DNA of 64,000 nucleotides, from assembly GCA_010909165.1 (NCBI GenBank), contig MU008161.1, forward strand, positions 124,001 to 188,000. Reading direction: 5' to 3'. A program made the position numbers and the translations under genes. Each line of letters begins with the position of its first letter. Position 1 is the first letter of the stretch. A model generated the notes under the pieces. That model saw only the letters and a list, made by a program, of their open reading frames with translations, made no database searches and had not been told where the DNA came from. Below are positions 11,998-23,377 of this stretch, in pieces. Origin of the DNA: Anthoceros angustus (lineage: Eukaryota > Plantae > Anthocerotophyta).

Positions 11998-14292
11998 TAC
12001 GATAATAATTTTTGAAGGGGTTAATAATCTCAAGGGGTTTTCCATAAATAATCTACGAAGGGGTTTTGATGGGCCCTAAAGCAGCGTTTTGAAGGCATTC
12101 GGAAAACACTCGAAAAAAGGTGTCACCGGAAAAATTACTACTTTCCATCTAGCAATGTTTGTGGCCAATGGTGGTATGAAACTCGAACCTAGGGAAATAA
12201 TGCAAAGTAGGAGCGGTGAGGAAGGCCGTTCTGCCGGGCAAACATTATAAACTCGATTTTGGGATGGAAATGTGGTTTTGTTATGACACCACAAAAGCCA
12301 CAGACGGTATTTCCTAACACGAAACATCGACAAGGACTTACAACATTAACTCGGGACCCGGGAAAAAGCGAGATTTCGATTTCACTCATCCCGAGTTCAA
12401 TCCATCGTCATCACTTGGTCCGACTTCTCCTCCATTGTCATCACTATCTTGACACTTTCACTCGCAGTTGTATGAAAACGCAACTCATGAGCTTATCCCT
12501 TATCGCTTTTTGTCCACCGCATACAGATGTTTAGTCGTTCAACACAAACCCATGTCTGATGATATGTTTCATTCACAAATACCTCTGTATGTTTTTAGGT
12601 AATGGATCTTATTCCCTTTTTCCTCGGCATTGGACGGATGGGTTACCACTCGCGGACTATGTGTTCTGCACATATCTCCTTCATACGCATCTATGTGCTC
12701 GGTCCGATACTAGTGGATAAGAAAGTGAGGTCGTGGTGCGTTTAGCTTCACGTCAATGACCTCCCAATCCGAATGGCCTGTTATGCATGTCCGTATTGCG
12801 GCACTGCCGAAACATCCCTCTCGGTTCCGTTATGTCCCCATTCATCCGTGCCATTTCCCATGATTGCCTTCCGCATTTTGATATGCCCCAAATACATATC
12901 ACGCGTGGAGGTCCCTCAATAATGCCTCATCTAGCAAAGCTTCATCCGCACTTGAAGTGGTCGGTGTATGATCCACTTCGCACGTGAAAACCACTTCCAA
13001 GGACGTGTAGCACTAGCCCAATGTTATTCTCCACAACGATAGCAATCTCCTTCCGGTCCAAGGCTTCCCACCACTTATACTCTTCAATACCTATGGATGC
13101 AAATCTTTTAACCCTTCACGCAAATGGGCCACACCTTCCATCGGTGATAGGATACCGTTCCTTCTTGTCCCCCTAGCTTCACCCGTATGCACCGTAGGAT
13201 GGTGCTAAGGGAGGCGCCGGCCGCGCCCCGCCCATGGGCCGGCCGGCCGGCCACGCCTCCCCTAGCACACCATGGCGCCGGCCGCGCCCCGCCCAACACG
13301 CCCCGCCCGGGCCGGCCGCCTCCCCTAGCACACCTCGCCCATGGGCGCGGCCGGCCCTCCCCTAGCACACCGCCATGGCGCCGCCGGCCGGCGCCCCCCC
13401 AGCACACCCTGCCCATGGGCGCCGGCCGGCGCCCCCACCAACACGCCATGCGCGCCCTCCTCCTAGGCTGTCTTCAAAAATAAATATTTAGCGCCTCAAG
13501 TTCAACCATGGACTGTTGGTCTAGTGTTTGGGAAATAAGTGTAGTAACGAATAGGTTTCGTGTTCAAACCTCGTGCCTCCTCAATTCAATTTTGTTGATT
13601 TTAAGGATGCTTGCATGGGCGCATGGGCAACTAACTTTGTTCATTTTAAGGACGTTGGCATTGCCTTAAAGCCCAAGTGGTTGCATTGAGTGCGGAAGGT
13701 TGAAGACCACGATGGCGACCTTTTGGATGAGGGTCAGAGACCTAGATGTGGTGGCGACACCGCCGGACGCCGGGCCCAAGAATGATACTATTGAAGACGA
13801 GCAAGCAATGGAGGAGAACGACAACTTCGAGGCGGAGGATATGGACCGCCTCCGAATATGGCGGTGGTACTTGACTCGCCAAGGCATGGATGAGTCGCCA
13901 GCCGCACTCTTGAATGGCTATTGTCGATGCCGATGACCACTTCCTCCTTGATTGTTTGTTGCAATGTTCTCACGACCACTTAAATGAGACTCCGCTAGTA
14001 CAGATTGTTTTCATTGTGTTCCACCACTTGAAAGTAAAAGTTTTCGATTGTAATAAACATATGAAAATGGCAGCCCTCTATGCATTCTACTAAACGCAAC
14101 GGGCCCACACCCCATTGTGCTCCGGTTCTCGGGTGTAGACTTGAAAGTGCATCTTTTATCAAAGATATGACCTCGTAAAGGGTGTGTGCATTATCAAAGT
14201 AGGGCACATATGTCGCTCTAGGTAAGGTGTTCTTCGTGACAAGGGGTCTTTGTCTCGAGAAGGGGTGATATCCCCCTTCAAAAATTATCGTG
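11998..14292. mobile_element. Non-autonomous TIR DNA transposon (CAC...GTG ends, CMC-superfamily-like) nested in the copia integrase
   Basis: Left (T)ACGATAATAATTTTTGAAGGGG versus right CCCCTTCAAAAATTATCGTG (~20-bp TIR); subterminal AAGGGG repeats at both ends; copia sequence is continuous across it when compared with the 7221-9140 copy. Confidence 0.8.
13207..13465. repeat. GC-rich degenerate tandem repeat (CTAGCACAC / CCATGG(G)CGC(C)GGCC units) inside the TIR element
   Basis: CCCTAGCACAC occurs three times; CCATGG(G)CGC(C)GGCC motif occurs about five times. Confidence 0.75.
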
Positions 14293-15799
14293 TTACGTAC
14301 AGAATATGTCAATTACCATGGCGCTAGGTGGCTCTATGACACCCCATGAAGCTTGGTTTGGTGAAAAACCAAATGTCTCACACTTGAGAGTGTTTGGCTG
14401 TGTAGCATATGTGCATGTTCCTAAGCAACTGCGGAAGAAGTTGGACGACAGAAGCATCAAGTGCGCTTCATTGGTTATGCGAATGAGCGAAAGGCTTACA
14501 TGATTGTGGGATCCCGCCGCCAAGTAGATGCATGAAAGTTCGACATCGTGTTCGATGAGAACAATATTGGAAGTCATGCGAGAGCACGGTCATACGCACT
14601 CGACTCGAAGTTTATCCAGACACCTTCCTTGTCCCAGATCCACCAATGACAGCAGAAGAGGATCACCACACACCGGAGGGTGATGGTGAGGACATCCCAG
14701 CAGGTGAGGTCGTACCACCTATTGTTCTCGCAGGAATTCTCGGAGGAGGAAACTCGGAAGGAGCACAACAGCAGCAGCAAGTTGAGGAGTTAGTTCCAGC
14801 ATTGGAGGATGTAGAGGACGAACCAACAGCAGCTATTCCGAGATGGTCGACAAGGGTCCGACAGCCTTCGCGGAAGGTCCTCGAGAATGCCCAGCTCAAC
14901 ATGGTGAGCGGACCCGAATGGTGTTTTCTTCTCGAAGATGATATCCCGCTCACAATTGAGGAAGCACGAAACGGACCTGAAGGTGAGTTCTGGATTGAAG
15001 CTATTCTATAATTCGATGCTCGAAAACAACGTTTGGACGTTGGTTGATTTGCCACCCGGGAGAAAAGCCGTCGACTGCAAGTGGACTTTCAAGAAGAAGT
15101 ACAATGCTGACGGATCTCTGGAAAGGCATAAGGCGAGACTAGTGGCTCGCGGTTTTCACTCAGGTGAAAGGGCTGGACTACGAGGAGACCTACTCCCTGG
15201 TAGTTCGCATGAACAGATCTCAAAGGCGTGATTCAGATCTCATACCTCCGCACCGAGGAGATGGTGGCGGATATCTTCACCAAGGCGCTCAGCGGCGCAA
15301 AGTTTGCACATTTTCGTTCGGATCTTGGCGTCAATAAGTAGCTTAAGCTTGAAGGGGGAGTGTTAGAGATTCAATCCTCTGCTACTTACTCTAGTATATT
15401 AGGATATACTAGGATATTGCACTATCGAGTCTAGGGCTTACCTCCTCGATAGTTGCCTAGCCTAAGGGCTATATATGTAGCACCGTGCACCATCGATCGC
15501 GGTAATCGTGGAGCCTATCTAAGCCGTGGTGCTATTGCGTGTGCCATCCATTGCCTCTACTTGTGTCTGCTAACTGTGTTGATCCTGTGCGTTGCCCAGA
15601 CTGTGTTGTGTCTGAGCTAGTTCTTTCACGACGGTGTTCACAGCATGAGGAGCCCCATGGTTGTTACAACTGTACCTACTGTAGTGTACCCTTCTTCTTC
15701 GTATACCACAAATTCTCTGAGCGCGGAGCTGTGACGAATTCAGTCCACTGTCCATTGATAAGAGGGCAATTGAGAAAAAGAAAGTCAAGGAACTTTGTC

Positions 15800-16010
15800 G
15801 ATTCGCGGCGACAAATGAGAATGGCATTTGTGGATCATTTGGAGTTCTGCACACCTACATCAATATCCTGCGAGAATGCGTCTGTCGGAGGATTTGCTTC
15901 GCGCGTTGCGTAATTGTTTTTCTGAGTTCGCCCTTCTCACATGTTCTCTGCAAATATGTGCTCAAGCTCCAGGAGCTTGTCTTCTACCATGGACGGCACA
16001 TCGACGTAGC
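15800..16010 (-). pseudogene. Internally deleted partial duplicate of RAB3GAP1
   Basis: Minus strand VPSMVEDKLLELEHIF (cf. VPSMTEDMLLEREHMI at ~18130-18185) followed closely by QRAKQILRQTHSRR..VCRTPNDPQMPFSFVAAN (cf. the last exon QRAKQILRQMHSHRMYVCGTPNDLQVAFSVVAND). Confidence 0.8.
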
Positions 16011-16284
16011 CACCGTTCCCCGGGCGTTTCAAGGAACTCAAAGAAATGAGTCTTGACACGCAGCCCGACGACTCCATCAGCAGAGCTTCACAGCGAAACG
16101 TATATTGCCGTATACAAGTTTCAGGAATCTGGTGCGTTTGGTATACATGTAGAGTAGCCTCCTAAGATACATCGTGGCGTGCAGGAATAGCGGCAGGTCA
16201 CCTGTCCTGCGAACCTTGCTGGTCAGTACTATTCCTTTTGTAGTAGTGGCTCAGCTGGAGGGCCCAGCCAGCGGGCCCGGACCC

Positions 16285-16550
16285 CTGTTCGGACCCTCAC
16301 CCTCACCAACGTGGGGGCGCCGGACACCTTGAGCTACAGACTCCCCTCGGTGGCCGTAGAAGCCTCTGGTGTGTCCGTGGCGGCAGAGCCTCAGGTGTTA
16401 GAGTTCCAACCTGGCGGCCAGAAGCTCTCGTACAAATTTACCTTCCAGCTGCAAACGCCCAGTTCCAGCAAGGCTAGAGTCTGGGGTTCTCTGCCTAGGT
16501 CCGACGGTGTTCACAGAGTGTGAGAAGCCCCATGGTTGTCGACTTCAGCA
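16285..16550 (+). pseudogene. Second subtilase C-terminal (Fn3-like) fragment
   Basis: TLTNVGAPDTLSY..VSVAAEPQVLEF..QKLSYKFTF..WGSLPRSDGVHRV-RSPMVV; paralogous to 9685-9899 + 15630-15670. Confidence 0.85.
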
Positions 16551-16669
16551 CTGTCGTCTAGCCAGACTCCGTGTAGCATCCCTTCGGACCTGTTATGAGC
16601 TTACTGTCCATATTATTACTTGCAAGGGGGCAGTTGATTTACACGCTTCAAGAACTTAATTGATCGGCA

Positions 16670-19600
16670 TCAGTCGTTGGCGACGACGGAGAACGCAACT
16701 TGTAGATCATTCGGTGTCCCACAGACGTACATCCTGTGAGAATGCATCTGCCGGAGTATTTGTTTCGCCCTTTGCATGTTCTTCTCCCTTCGGACCCTTT
16801 CCAGGTGCCAGTCCAAGTAGTCCTCGTAGCAGCTGAAAATGACCTCTCGGAAGAGAGGTTCGTGCCCGTTCAAATAGTTCCCCATTCTTAAGCTTTTCTT
16901 CCACAGCTGGGTAGAGCTCAGGGGAGGAAATAGATCTCCGACAGCATCTCTTTCGTCCTCCTTCACCAGGGCTCCACTTACTATACCGTTCTGCAAGTGT
17001 GAAAACATGGTTACAGCACTTTCCCTTGCACCCTGAAAACGTGAGCTGGCAGTGTCATACCTTCAATTGGCTGTTTGTTGCACCAGTCCAGTAGTGAGTA
17101 TCTGGACCCAGATACTTGCTTATTAGGCCAGCTAAAAGTTGCTGACTCGCATGTAATTTTTTTACAAATGACGCTCCTAAGGCAATCCTGGCCTCAATGC
17201 TTTCGAAATCTGCACATAACTGGAGAAGATCCTTCAACCATTGCTCGAGATACTGGGAACTCTGCTCTGCAGGATATGCCCCGTAACATGATCGTTAGAT
17301 CTGGACAATTCCCATCCCAGGTGGTAACTACACCCTCGGGAGATTATTACCTGGACTGTTCACCATTTCAAGAGGCAATAGGACGGCTGCCATTGATGAA
17401 TAGAGATCTTCAAGCTCCGCAGACAAAGGTTGCAACTCTTTTGTAAAACTCTGATGCAATATATCAGCAGCAGCCACAAAGACAGTGGAGAGCATCTGGG
17501 CTAACAACTGCTGCGGTCTTACTGTGTCCAGATAATGCATTACCTGCCAAAGGTTCAGCAACTGATGAGATATTGTGTTGTCAGTTCACAATGCAGTAGT
17601 GCTGTCAAGAACGGAAAGGGTGCCTGCCTACCTTTTCTGCCTCACGAGTGTGATCGAATAAGGGTCTTTGCTGAGAGGTAGGCACAGCCCGAACACTATC
17701 CCAGATCTGAATCCATGTATTCCCTGGCTCAGCCATGCGTGGTGATAAGGTCCCACGTGGGGGCCATTCACCTTTCATGTTGTTATTCTGAGCTGACATT
17801 GTACTGCTCTCATCTTGTAACCAGTCTCGTGGAGAATTCCAGCGCACAAAATCTTCTAAGACAGCCCCAGGGTTGGCTGCTTTGAAAGCAGACATGTCTG
17901 CGAGAAATGAAATCACAATGCTGATATCACAAGACACCATATCATGCTCAGAAGATCTGGGAACCTGCTGGGAAATGAGGACAGACCTGAAGCAAGTATA
18001 TCGCTTTGCAGTTTCACTCTTGCATCTTTTTCCTGATAGGTGTTATCACATGTTAAAAGCTACTGTCTGCTGTCAGTCAATGAAGGAAAAGAAAAGTGCA
18101 CCTCACCGATGATGTGTGACTCAGGGCTGCTATCATGTGCTCACGCTCCAGGAGCATGTCCTCTGTCATGGACGGCACATTCTACAACATACAGAAGAAG
18201 AAATTTAACTAAAGTTCCTCTGTTTGCACGCCGGCCCCAAACAAGCAATAGCAGTCTGAAGGAGACGATCTCCTCTCCCACGGTCAACTGTACCTGAGTA
18301 ACTGGGGCATGCAGTCTACGATTTGTCTTCAGAAGCATCAGAGTTCCCACAGGACCTGCCGAGCCCTTTCTCCCAACTCCAAGGTAGGGCCCATTCATCT
18401 CATTCCCCGGTTCATTTCTAGGTAAGAGGTAAAGTCATCCACTGCTTCAGGACATATGTACACTGAAGGGAGTTTGGGTTCAATCTGAGCAGACCCAGAG
18501 CAGTCCTCGACAGCTTTATCCATCAAAAGAATGCAACACAGAGCAGTGCAGGGAGAGATGTACACACAATTCTGATTGCAATAAGCTGTTTTTGTATATA
18601 CTATGATAACTCTGTACTTCATTCACCATGTCACCGGGGCTGGATGTCACACTACTGAAACTGCTCTTCTCAGAAACTGCAAAATCCTGCAACTTATCAT
18701 AAACAGTGAACTCTACTATGAAACAACTCATCCCAAAATCAATGTCAACACTCAACTGTAACCAGCTAGAAATGAGAACAAAAGGAACTTACCCCGCTTT
18801 CATCCCCAACTTCAGCTTCTCCTATTTTCTCCGCAACCTCGCCATCAAAGGAGGATGTTCCAGCTCGATCACGCTCTGCTCTCTTTCGCTTAATACTAAG
18901 TGCAAGCTGCCCCGACAGACAGACAAAAAGCACATATTGTACATAAAGGCATATAATTATACAGAAAGGCCAAAAAAACTCAAGTATGCCTGAGAGCCAA
19001 GGACCCAAAACCCATTCCTGGTTCCATACCAGCTGGAGCTTCTGCTGCAGAAGACAGGTTGATAAATCAGGGGGTTCATCAGGTGCGACACCTGGTAAGG
19101 GTTCAGCCTCATCCCAGCAATATCGCACCTCCCGCACAAATGCCATCCACAAAACAGCAATTGCTGCCAGAACATCACCATGTTTAAGCACTTTGAACTG
19201 ACCATGAATATGCAATCACCACTCTCATGCAATGCAACGCCCATATTACCCAGTTGGATGTGAATTACCTCGAATATTACACTTGCCGAAATGTAAGGCA
19301 TGTAGGCAAAAACGAGTGAACAGAGAATTTGTGGGTGCTCCCTTGATGTTATATGCATGACCCCTGGAGTTTGATCTATATGTAACAGGCGGTGGTGCTG
19401 TGAGACACAAAGCACCCACGTGAGTCACAAAGCATCAGAAGAAAAGTGTTCTGGTCGAGAAAACTCTTTATCTCAAAGGGAAAGCACTAGACCTTGGAAA
19501 AGTAAATCTTTGATGGTCCGATCAAGAGCACTTTGTGGAGGGACTTTTGCGTATTGCATGGTTTCTTTCATCCCAGGCTCATCTCCTGGAAAAGAACAAG

Positions 19601-22090
19601 ACGTTAGCTGGAAGTGTAAAAAAGCCAGAGGTGATCCTTAAGTTTGCAACAGGGATCCCTGAACTTGAGATTATCCAGACCAGCTGCCAGGTTCTCCATA
19701 TATTGTGATCCTTTCGATATATAAAAGGCCTTCACCATAGCTCGTAGTGGCCCTGCGAAACCAACATCCTCCTCATTTTGCAACTCCTCCCTGCACAGGT
19801 GGAATACTAACACAATTTTCAGACAACCAATGGCACTCCCACATCTCGTGGCTCGGAGTAAACTTGTAGTACTCACGTTGCTTTTGCTAAAATTGGCCGT
19901 AGCAACCATTTGTCAGCTTCATAAGTCGACATATTTTCAAATTCCGCCATCTCAGTGGAGGTTGTCACATGTCTGTTTGAAAAGGTTGCAATCAGCTCAA
20001 ATCCTGTGCCCAACAGCAACCGATCAAGACCATGACACCTCAAAGTTCCTTGTAGCACTTACAGTAGTGCTGCGAAAATTTCAATTACCGGGGCAAGAAT
20101 GCAGGCAGGAAAAGACCTCGAAAAACGGAAGACCAATTTAGCTTATGGACCTACCCTTAACAGGATCGTCCAAAGAATGCCACACAGCCCACGGGGACTC
20201 TGTATCCCATGGCACTTCATACACACGTTCATAGTTTGCGATAGGCTCTGCAGTTGGTACGTTCTCACTGATATTATATTCGAAACCCTTCATTGGTGTT
20301 CGATAAGTAAGCTTCATGGTGAAACCAACCCTCAGTGCACGTCCAGCTGCAAAGTCTGGAGATGAAAATCCCTTCATTTGAAAAACCACCATTCAGACAC
20401 CGTACTGTAGAAACCTTGGTCCTCAAGTGATAGACTGCGAACAAGGTCACAAAGTTACCACTTTTGACACAAAGAGTTCATAGAGGCCCTCCAAGTGCAT
20501 ATAGCTGACTGGAACACGGGACCCAATACGATCAGCTTCAAATCGTGTTGAATATGAAGATTTTGTTGCTTCGATGCCCCTGTAAGCCTTTCGTGTGGGA
20601 TCATGCACAGGGACGAACACTGGCCATTCACTGTACCCATTTGACAAAAAAAACAAAAAGTACCAGGGTTGGACTTTATCTCTCTGAAGACAGCTCAAGT
20701 CTCAACCTAAATTAGCAAAGCAATAAGTACACAGGCAGGTTCCTAGCATCCCATTGGAAATGACATTCATTTGATGAATCAGCACGAACCTATTACAATT
20801 AGAAAGTGCAACTGCCGCTGCGCTTAGGAGCATTGTTACATCAGGGGCATCGAGGACCACACCACTCATACTGACAGGAGATATCAACTGCCAACACACG
20901 CGAGTACTGTGTCAGCACTGGAGCAAAAAACTCATGCGCACAGTAATGCACTGCCTCTTGAATTTCACAACATATTTCACAAAACCACCATAGTGTGGAA
21001 CGTTCTCTGCCTGAGCACTAGGACACCCAACCTACCAAGAAATCTCTTACTCCAAACCATACTTGCAGACGATGTAACCCCTCTCTCCACTCATCCCTGG
21101 TGTCTGTGAAGGCACAAGTTCCAGCACTCAGTTTCTCTGGGATATTATCACAGAGAATCTCGCTCTTGGTTGACATCAAAAGCAGCAGCATTTCCACGTA
21201 CAGTAAGGAGAAGTCATGGTAAGTTAAAGGGGTCATTTCACCTTCCTCTCTGGAAGCACGAAAGTACAAAGCTACACTGTAAGCTTTTGAACCATAGGAA
21301 AGCTCCTTGTGCACGTGATATAGGTTCACTGTACCAGAAACAGCTTCAGCACCTGCAGTCTGCAACAAGCTCTCAAATTATGATACGTAATCGGTGTGCT
21401 GTAAACATGAAGCGGATAATGCAATCCGTGCCCTGAGACTCACTCGAAGTTTTGAAGGCCCAGCTGCCTGCCACTCCCTGCACATTGCCTCAATTCCTGC
21501 AATGACCCTGAGAATACCGAGGTTCACAGCTCAGTAACAGAGCAACGCCCCAATACTCGACCTTACGCGCGAAGGAGGACTTCAGAAATTTTTGCAACCT
21601 TTCCCATGTCGACGCAATGGTGAAATCATCAAACCCGTCTAACTGCAACAACATGAGCAGAATTAGTCCAGACGAATCATGGAAGGTCCAATCGCGTTTC
21701 ATTTCCACAAAAAATCACAACAGGTTAGATCTAACCGATAATTAAATTTGCAGTACGGACTGAACCACAATTGCAGACACCTACGGGAGTGAAAGTTAGT
21801 GCTAACAGCTTGGCTGTTTCTTCTGTGGCTTTGCGGATTTCAATTCACTCCCTACACAAGATGAGATGGCCTTCGGTTCTACTGTGCATGAGGGAGAATC
21901 TCCAGTGTGACACTCTGTACTATACTGCATCACCAAAACTCGGGTTCCCTTGTGCCCGACCCCTCACAACCAGCATGATTACGAGGAGCCAGCAACCCAC
22001 AGCAAGGACCCAAGGCACAGAGCAAAGAAAACGCACCTCTTCATTTTCAGAGGGAAGCTTGGTGAGCTTCGGCCGGGAAGAGCTCGCCAT
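16670..22090 (-). CDS. RAB3GAP1: Rab3 GTPase-activating protein catalytic subunit (multi-exon)
   Basis: Exon 1 MASSSRPKLTKLPSENEE (22090-22037, GT donor); LDGFDDFTIASTWER; LWMAFVREVRYCWDE..DLSTCLLQQKLQ; DMSAFKAANPGAVLEDFVRW-x-SPRDW; C-terminus GNYLNGHEP..HRMYVCGTPNDLQVAFSV; many short GT-AG introns. Internal exon boundaries were not all resolved. Confidence 0.9.
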
Positions 22091-22441
22091 GCTCCGCTGC
22101 CTCTACCCCAGCTCGGTCATACGCATCCTTAGGTGAATCACCCCCCCTTCATGACAAGTGGCCAAACCTGTCATCCAGCGGGAATCCCACTGGTTTCCCG
22201 CTTCAATGTTTGGTCTGGTGGTGCCTGCTAAGCCCTAGGCGGAAATGGTGTCATTCCCACTGCCTCCGCGTTTTCTGTCTGCACCGCTGTCCGCGCTCTG
22301 TTTATAGCCGGCCTGCCAATAGCTTACAGTCATCCAACTGTGCCTCGGTGCAAGGTCGCTTTGATCTGTGGGCCAGCGGGTCTTTCCGTGTTTCGCTCCG
22401 CAGGGTTCAGGTCCCGCCTTCAAGAGCAAGAGGAGTTCGAC

Positions 22442-22810
22442 ATGGAGGAGATCCCGGAGGAGCACACTGAAAGGCATCAGCCGGAGGCGGAGAAGAAATC
22501 GAGCAAGGACCAACCGGCGGCCGAGGAGCCGCGATCGACCAAACCCCTGGGGCAGCGGGCTCGCAGGCTCCTCAACCGGTGGATGCGGGTGGATGTAGAA
22601 GACGGGCGCATTTTCCTCGGGAAATTCCACTGCCTGGACAAGCAGGGAAACATCATACTTGCTGATACTGTGGATCAGAGCGACTTGTCCGCGTCTGGTG
22701 AGCTCCCGAGACGCTTGGGCCTGGTGCTCATCCCTGCTCGCCACCGAACCTCCTGCCAATTCGCCTCTTCTCTAGACGAGCTTACGTCTCTGCTCACCAT
22801 CAACAGCTAG
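22442..22810 (+). CDS. NAA38: Sm-like NatC auxiliary subunit (LSMD1/Mak31 family), single exon
   Basis: LLNRWMRVDVEDGRIFLGKFHCLDKQGNIILADTV..RRLGLVLIPARHRTSC (Sm1/Sm2 motifs of the NAA38 type); ATG at 22442, stop at 22810. Confidence 0.8.
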   Translation: MEEIPEEHTERHQPEAEKKSSKDQPAAEEPRSTKPLGQRARRLLNRWMRVDVEDGRIFLGKFHCLDKQGNIILADTVDQSDLSASGELPRRLGLVLIPARHRTSCQFASSLDELTSLLTINS

Positions 22811-23377
22811 AGTTTGTGACAAGGTCTGGATGGCCTCCCTCCCTATTGAGAACACGAGTCATGGTTCTGCAGGCCCTTGGAGTTGACAGCAGGGAGTCTG
22901 GCTTGGATGTGGTGCACAACGTCCAGTGCTGGAGTTGCAATTTTGTAGTGAATCAGTTGATGCTATTCCATCCCTATTTTTTTGGTTGAGTTGGATACAC
23001 TTACGGATCTGCCTGGTCTTTAGCATCGATCAGGAGGTTTGAGAAGCTCAACAGGTGGCGAACATGCCAATAGGAAGCTATGTGTTACTTTCTTTCCAAA
23101 CTGGAAGACAACAATTGTTGCTGGAATGCCTGGCCCGAACAAAGCCCAGAGAAGACCGGACTGATGTATCTCACTTCCATGAGACTAGGTACAAATCTGT
23201 GAAGTGTTGCATACACTGTGACCTCTCTGTGCAGTGCACGATCATCAGCTAGTAGGTACTGGCTGAGCTTCTCAGAACCTCAAAGTTATTGTTCAAAAAT
23301 CATGTGATGTTCCCCGGTTCCGGAGGCTGGAGAGGAAAAAGAAAACACGTGTGATGGCGAGCGAGGAAAAGTGCTCC

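Larger units (their letters stand above)
9900..15628 (+). mobile_element. Ty1/copia LTR retrotransposon with intact LTRs and TSD; most of RT/RNase H deleted; nested TIR element
   Basis: LTRs 9900-10160 and 15361-15628 (TG...CA); TSD CGACG at 9895-9899 and 15629-15633; PBS TGGTATCGAGC 10161; PPT GAAGGGGGAG 15351-15360; gag FDGTEFHVWKRSM; integrase; RT start (WTLVDLPPGRKAVDCKWTF..KARLVARGF) joins the RNase H end (EMVADIFTKAL) at ~15225. Confidence 0.95.
238..15670 (+). pseudogene. Subtilisin-like serine protease (plant subtilase, S8) pseudogene split by nested TE insertions
   Basis: Segments in canonical order: PA domain CKIGSLDAAKVAG..LVICF..GLILVGG..LPATVVTQ (238-450); KPAPLVAAFSS-x-PNTV (~575-620); PNIIK|intron|PDITALGADIL (~6589-6671); ATPHITGIAALIKAVHPD (9141-9195); ALDPGLVYDTDPNDYIDFFC (~9395-9455); Fn3-like RTLTNVG..WGSLTWSD (9685-9899); resumes DGVHSMRSPMVV after the copia TSD (15630-15670). 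Confidence 0.88.

Noticed and set aside
13108-13483. G/R/P-rich ORFs on both strands
   Set aside because: Translations of the GC-rich repeat island in the TIR element.
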